Of a DNA stretch of 64,000 nt, positions 59,560-64,000 are shown one piece after another (the first letter of the stretch is position 1; the number at the start of each line of letters is the position of its first letter). Location: the NCBI GenBank assembly GCA_963711565.1, contig CAVQEQ010000003.1, positions 768,001 to 832,000 of the forward strand. Reading direction: 5' to 3'. The DNA comes from an uncultured delta proteobacterium (GTDB taxonomy: Bacteria > Desulfobacterota > Binatia > Binatales > Binataceae). The position numbers were made by a program, and so were the translations under genes. Below the pieces are notes generated by a model that was not told where the DNA came from, ran no database searches, and saw only the letters and a program-made list of their open reading frames with translations.

Positions 59560-61469
59560 CAGTGGATTCCGGCGTGCTCGTAGAGGATGCGGCGGACTTC
59601 CTCGATCGTCTGGGGAGTGGCCTGCGTCGAGTGCCCCGAACGCACGACCAGCTCGGATTCGACGCCGTCGATATGCGCGCTCTGGTACTCGACGACGCCG
59701 TCGTTGCCTTCCTCGATCGGACCGCTGCCCTTCACCGGAATGATCGAATGCGCGTGCACGCCGGGCGCGATTGGCAACGAGGAGAGTGCCTTGATGAATC
59801 GGTTGGAGGCATCCATGTTGTCCAGCGCGGTCGGCATCGTAAACGGAGTTCCGATCATGCTGGCCTCGCGCAGGTTACCTAGCGCAACCGCTGACTTGGC
59901 GAGGCTGCCGGGCAGGTTGATGAATTTGTTTCCGAACTTGACGACAGGATTGCCGGCCATGTAGCTGCCGCGATGCGGTGTTGCGATGAAGATCACCTCC
60001 GTCACATATGGCTGCGGCTTGAAGAACATCGCGCGCAAGGCCAGGTCGCGCGTCTCGGGATCGAGATGCGCCTGGTCGAACGGGACCGACGTGACGTTGT
60101 TCCAGAAGCGATTGCCGCTATCGACGACCATCATCTTCGTCAACAGCCCGCCCTGGCTGTGGCCGATCACTACCATCTTGTTGAGCGCGACGTCCTTGCC
60201 CTCGGGATCGACGGCCCTGCGCACAGCCTGCAGAGATTCCCGCAAACGCATTGCGGACAGCACGATCGGATTACCGCTGTTATACATGAAGAACCAAAGC
60301 TGATAGCGCGACGCGATCTTCGGATCGCCCAGCAATTCATTCGTCATCTCCGCCCATCGCGCGGGGCTCGACGCCGTGCCGTGTACGAACACCAGCGGGA
60401 TCATGTTCGGGTGGTATGGATGCAACATGAAGAGCCCGTTGACGTCGTCGCCCTTGCCAACACCCAGAAGAGAGAAGTCTCCCTGGCGAAAGCCGGCGAT
60501 CTCGAAATCCCAAAGCGGCGCGCCTTCCAGCCGATAGGCAAGCGCGGCGCTGGAGTCCGATTCGAGCGGCACCGATTGCGTGCCTACCCGTACGGAATCC
60601 GCCCTGTCCTCGTCGTAGAGCTCGACGGTGCCGTGCAGACGCCCGGTGCTCATCGCGAGGCGCGGATCGTCGAAGCGCACGAACGCGGTCATCGGCACCT
60701 TCGCATTCGCCGGAATCCATCGGCTCGACGGGCTGCCCGGAGTCGGCTCGACTCGAGCCGAGAGCGCCGCACCAATACCAGGCCTGCGGTAGGTGTTGCG
60801 CAGCCCGCGAACCTTCAGGTCTGCGAGCGATACGAAGTTGGTCAGGTGATTTCCGGCGTAGTTGAATCCCTCCGGCTCGACGCCCAAGTTTAGCGACCCG
60901 AATGGCAACCTCAGTTGACGCGCGCTCAGGTCAACTTCCATTCCGTCTTTGGTCGCAAGTCCCAAAGCGATCCCCCGATTGTAAAGGTCAACGGCGAGCC
61001 GCAAGCGCGGGTCGTACGGACCGGGCGCGTCCGCCGGATTGGCAGGAAACAAAAAGGCGTACGCATAGGCGGCGGAGGCCAGGTAGTAGGATTGTTTCCC
61101 GGAGTTTTCCGCGTACGCAAATGACAGCTCGGACAGCGCGAACAAGCGATCGCGTTCGTCAGGTTTGCCGAGTCCCGAATTCAACTCGGCAAGTACCGCT
61201 TGCGGATCGCTTTTGAAGCGATCGATAAGCGCGGTCCGCTCCAGGATCTGCATCGAGTAGGCGCTCGGTTTGTCGGTCGAAAGAACGTTCGCATTCAACT
61301 CGCGATGCGCTGTCTGTTCGTTGAGGCGCGTGACTCCGACCGGTGTGGCGCAACCGCTGCTGAATAGAACTGCGAACGCAAGTACTGCAGTCCAGATGCC
61401 AGTCAACGGGCGTGCCCGTTCCGGCGCGCTGGAGATCACCGTAGCGTTTGAAACCAACTGAGTTCTCAT
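59559..61469 (-). CDS. Alpha/beta-hydrolase lipoprotein (esterase/lipase)
   Basis: Lipobox SSGC, FVHGTASS, GHSQGG, ATPHRGS, DGVV, SGHS. Confidence 0.88.
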   Translation of the reverse strand: MRTQLVSNATVISSAPERARPLTGIWTAVLAFAVLFSSGCATPVGVTRLNEQTAHRELNANVLSTDKPSAYSMQILERTALIDRFKSDPQAVLAELNSGLGKPDERDRLFALSELSFAYAENSGKQSYYLASAAYAYAFLFPANPADAPGPYDPRLRLAVDLYNRGIALGLATKDGMEVDLSARQLRLPFGSLNLGVEPEGFNYAGNHLTNFVSLADLKVRGLRNTYRRPGIGAALSARVEPTPGSPSSRWIPANAKVPMTAFVRFDDPRLAMSTGRLHGTVELYDEDRADSVRVGTQSVPLESDSSAALAYRLEGAPLWDFEIAGFRQGDFSLLGVGKGDDVNGLFMLHPYHPNMIPLVFVHGTASSPARWAEMTNELLGDPKIASRYQLWFFMYNSGNPIVLSAMRLRESLQAVRRAVDPEGKDVALNKMVVIGHSQGGLLTKMMVVDSGNRFWNNVTSVPFDQAHLDPETRDLALRAMFFKPQPYVTEVIFIATPHRGSYMAGNPVVKFGNKFINLPGSLAKSAVALGNLREASMIGTPFTMPTALDNMDASNRFIKALSSLPIAPGVHAHSIIPVKGSGPIEEGNDGVVEYQSAHIDGVESELVVRSGHSTQATPQTIEEVRRILYEHAGIH

Positions 61470-61588
61470 TGAGCGTCTTACAGCGAATTCCGGACCGCTC
61501 AACTATGCACGATTTTGAGTTCCCCAGATAACGCGGTGCCCGAGCAACTTTCTAGGCTCGCAGCCTGCGGGTTGCCCATACTTGGGGG

Positions 61589-62953
61589 ATGAACGGCGAA
61601 CGAATTGCAGTCACGATGCGTCAGCCTGCGATCATTGCCGCAGTCTGGATCGTCGCGGTCCTTCTGTTGATCGGCACTCTGTCGAAGATGCCCGCGCAGT
61701 GGCACCGCCGCGACTTCTCGAACTATTACGAATCGGCGTGGGCGCTCCGCCATGGCATCGATCCATATTCTACAAATCTGACGCCGATCGGCGCGCACTT
61801 GGGCCTCGAGACCAACTGGCTCGTTCACGCTTCTGAGACGCCGCCGTTTCTACTTTGCTTCGAACCTCTCACCCGCTTGCGCCCGCGGATCGCATTCTGG
61901 CTGTGGATCGCAATCAACTTTTCGGCATCGGCGATCGCGATGTACCTGTTGCTCGCGCGTCAACGCGGCCTTCCCGGTCGCACCGCGTGGCTGCTGGCGG
62001 GATTGATGTTGATGTGGGCGCCGGTGACCTTAAACTTTTACTGGGGACAATCCCAACTCATAGTCCTGGCCCTGATGGTAGGCGCGATGCACGCGATGGA
62101 AAGAGATCGCGAGGGCACCGCGGGATTGCTGATCGCAATTGGCGCCCTTCTGCGCGCCTATCCCCTTCTGCTCGTCGGCTACTTTGTCCTGCGTCGAAAA
62201 TGGCACGCGGTCATTTTCTTGGCGGCTGGAATCGCAGCGGGAGGATTCGCGACAGTCGCGATTCTTGGTTTTCCGCAAACTCTCAGCTTCGTTCACGCTG
62301 CCATGTGGCTCACTGACTACTCAGTAGTGAAGCGGGTGGATAATCTTTCGCTAGGACCATTCGTGTCGCGGATGTTCTGGTTTCTAACGGGCACCTCGCC
62401 CGGCTCATCGGCCGATTGGATCAGACGCGCTGCTATACTCACTGCCGACGTAGTAGTACTTGGAGTGACTATTCGCGCGACGCTGGCCGACGAGAACCGC
62501 GGCGATCCTGACTGGAGGGTCTACTCACTGTGGATCGCCACCGCGCTCATGCTCACGCCCGTGGGATGGCATCACTACCTGGTCTTACTGGCTATTCCGT
62601 TCGTGCAGATGGTCGCATCGGCATCGGAGGGTCGATCAAGCTCGCGCGCGATCTGGATGGCGGCGTTGGCCTACCTTCTCAGCACGATTTCACTGCGCGT
62701 CTTCAACCGCTTGCTGGTGCCTCCCCCAACCGCGTTCCAGCTCGCCCTTCCAATGCTCGCACGCGCAATCGAGGAAACGAGCTTCATCGCCTTACTGATG
62801 GGATACATCGCCGCGTATTGGTTCGCGATAAACCACCTACAGCCCGAGCATCCGCCGCAACTTCACCGCGCTAAAGCCAAGCATCGTCTCGTTGCCGACG
62901 CGAATTACCGGAACCGCGCGAAAGCCCATGCCGGCCAGCTCGTCGATGAGTGA
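61589..62953 (+). CDS. GT87/DUF2029-like GT-C membrane glycosyltransferase
   Basis: DFSNYY..A, G.DPY, PPF, GQ, P.GWHHY; many TMs. Confidence 0.8.
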   Translation: MNGERIAVTMRQPAIIAAVWIVAVLLLIGTLSKMPAQWHRRDFSNYYESAWALRHGIDPYSTNLTPIGAHLGLETNWLVHASETPPFLLCFEPLTRLRPRIAFWLWIAINFSASAIAMYLLLARQRGLPGRTAWLLAGLMLMWAPVTLNFYWGQSQLIVLALMVGAMHAMERDREGTAGLLIAIGALLRAYPLLLVGYFVLRRKWHAVIFLAAGIAAGGFATVAILGFPQTLSFVHAAMWLTDYSVVKRVDNLSLGPFVSRMFWFLTGTSPGSSADWIRRAAILTADVVVLGVTIRATLADENRGDPDWRVYSLWIATALMLTPVGWHHYLVLLAIPFVQMVASASEGRSSSRAIWMAALAYLLSTISLRVFNRLLVPPPTAFQLALPMLARAIEETSFIALLMGYIAAYWFAINHLQPEHPPQLHRAKAKHRLVADANYRNRAKAHAGQLVDE

Positions 62954-63064
62954 AGGATCCTGCGCGATGCTTTTCTCGACGAAGCTGACGTTGTGCTGCG
63001 TGAGAAATTCTTTCGCCTGATGGCACGCCGAGCATCCTGTGTTCGTATAAATTACGACTTCCAT
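62837..63064 (-). CDS. Glutaredoxin-like (NrdH-type) redoxin
   Basis: IYTNTGCSACHQAKEFL, VPV, GF; GGAGA RBS. Confidence 0.85.
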   Translation of the reverse strand: MEVVIYTNTGCSACHQAKEFLTQHNVSFVEKSIAQDPSLIDELAGMGFRAVPVIRVGNETMLGFSAVKLRRMLGL

Positions 63065-63453
63065 GTTGTCTCCTTTTTTCGGCCGCGCGACGCACCCGTA
63101 GGCGCACACTGTCCGCCGCAAGCCTCGACCATTTTTCGCAGTGTCACTCGCAGACTCTGCAGCCGGGCGATTTCCTCATTCATCGCGGCTAGTTTCGCTT
63201 CCGCTTTGCGCGTGACCGGCCCGCATTCGGCCGTCGATTTGACCCCCAGCGACAGCAGCTCCCTGATTTCCTTCAGCGTAAATCCCAGCCGCTTCGCGTC
63301 GCCGATAAACCGCAAGCGGTCGAGTACGTCTTCGGAATAATTCCTGTAACCCGAGAAGCTTCGCCGCGGCGCCACGAGCAGCCGCTGCCGCTCGTAAAAG
63401 CGGATCGTGTCAATACTCACTCCCGCAGCATTAGCTACTCGGCCAATCGTCAT
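63052..63453 (-). CDS. MerR-family heavy-metal-responsive regulator
   Basis: TIG.VA..AGVS.DTIRFYER, GFTLKEI, Cys in AEC and C-terminal CGGQC. Confidence 0.9.
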   Translation of the reverse strand: MTIGRVANAAGVSIDTIRFYERQRLLVAPRRSFSGYRNYSEDVLDRLRFIGDAKRLGFTLKEIRELLSLGVKSTAECGPVTRKAEAKLAAMNEEIARLQSLRVTLRKMVEACGGQCAPTGASRGRKKETTWKS

Positions 63454-63463
63454 CTCAACCCTC

Positions 63464-63495
63464 ACGCTAGACCCTTGACCATAGTCCAGAGTCAA
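63464..63495 (-). promoter_or_regulatory. MerR-type promoter/operator with 20-bp spacer
   Basis: TTGACT-N20-TAGCGT with the dyad ACTCTGGAC-TATG-GTCAAGGGT. Confidence 0.8.
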
Positions 63496-63504
63496 GCACC
63501 TCGA

Positions 63505-64000
63505 TTAATCCGCGGGCAGCGCGGTCACGTACTCGAAATCGAGCGCCTGATGATTGATCCCGCGTGCGGGCGGCGCGATCCAGCTCGCGAGCCGGCCGGG
63601 CGCCGTGACCGGCTTCATCAGCGACGCGACGAATTCGCGCTCGGCCTGCGTCGGTATCCATTCCGATTTGCGCCGCTCCCACTCCGCTTCGCTGACAATC
63701 AGCCCGTCCGGCGTCACCTTGACGCCCGCGAACTCTCCGATCGATCGCCGGAACCCCCGATGCGGTAGCTTGAGCTCGAAATTAATTTCCGCTCCACGAA
63801 TAATCTTGTTCCATCGTGCGAGCGCCCGCTCGCAATCGGCAATGTAGGAGTCGCGAAGAGTCTCATTCAACGCATTGAGCGCGGGCTGTTCGGTCTGAAT
63901 GACTATCCCATTGACCGGCTTCAATACCGCGTAGCTGGTTCCCTTCAGTTGATGGTCGTCGTCTCTGTCGGTCTCCTTGAAGCGGCCCTTCAGACCCGCG
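63505..64000 (-). CDS. boxB: Benzoyl-CoA 2,3-epoxidase subunit B (3' part only)
   Basis: ALNETLRD.YI.DC...RWN...LPHRGFRR.IG.F...SWIAPPARGIN...DFEYV. Confidence 0.88.
   Translation of the reverse strand, partial: AGLKGRFKETDRDDDHQLKGTSYAVLKPVNGIVIQTEQPALNALNETLRDSYIADCERALARWNKIIRGAEINFELKLPHRGFRRSIGEFAGVKVTPDGLIVSEAEWERRKSEWIPTQAEREFVASLMKPVTAPGRLASWIAPPARGINHQALDFEYVTALPAD

Overview
High-GC chromosomal window of about 58 CDS and one tRNA-Leu(CAA). The gene content resembles a soil Binatota/Deltaproteobacteria-like organism, but that assignment is an impression and was not tested. Housekeeping genes include gspD, menA, maf-yggS-proC-yggT-DUF167, thiI and bolA-grxD. Catabolic genes include three family III CoA-transferases, a thiolase, an enoyl-CoA hydratase, boxB, hydantoinase A/B, a sulfatase, a BBE-like oxidase and an SBP56/methanethiol oxidase. 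There are two lower-GC accessory inserts: a BsuBI/PstI-type restriction-modification pair, and a 2.2-kb four-gene cassette without an integrase. The cassette encodes a GrlR-like protein, a small protein, a single-TM protein and a caspase-like protease. It is bounded by an exact 18-bp direct repeat and has displaced the 3' end of a DUF4105 gene next to the tRNA. It is the best candidate for an undescribed, possibly defence-related, system. Other signals are recurrent Asp->Asn changes at AACGTC where GACGTC is expected (a possible methylation footprint), four frameshifted genes that look like long-read errors, several REP-like repeat families, an RPPP-type leader ORF, a sigma54-type site and a ZntR-like MerR operator. 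All family assignments come from motif recognition, with no database search.
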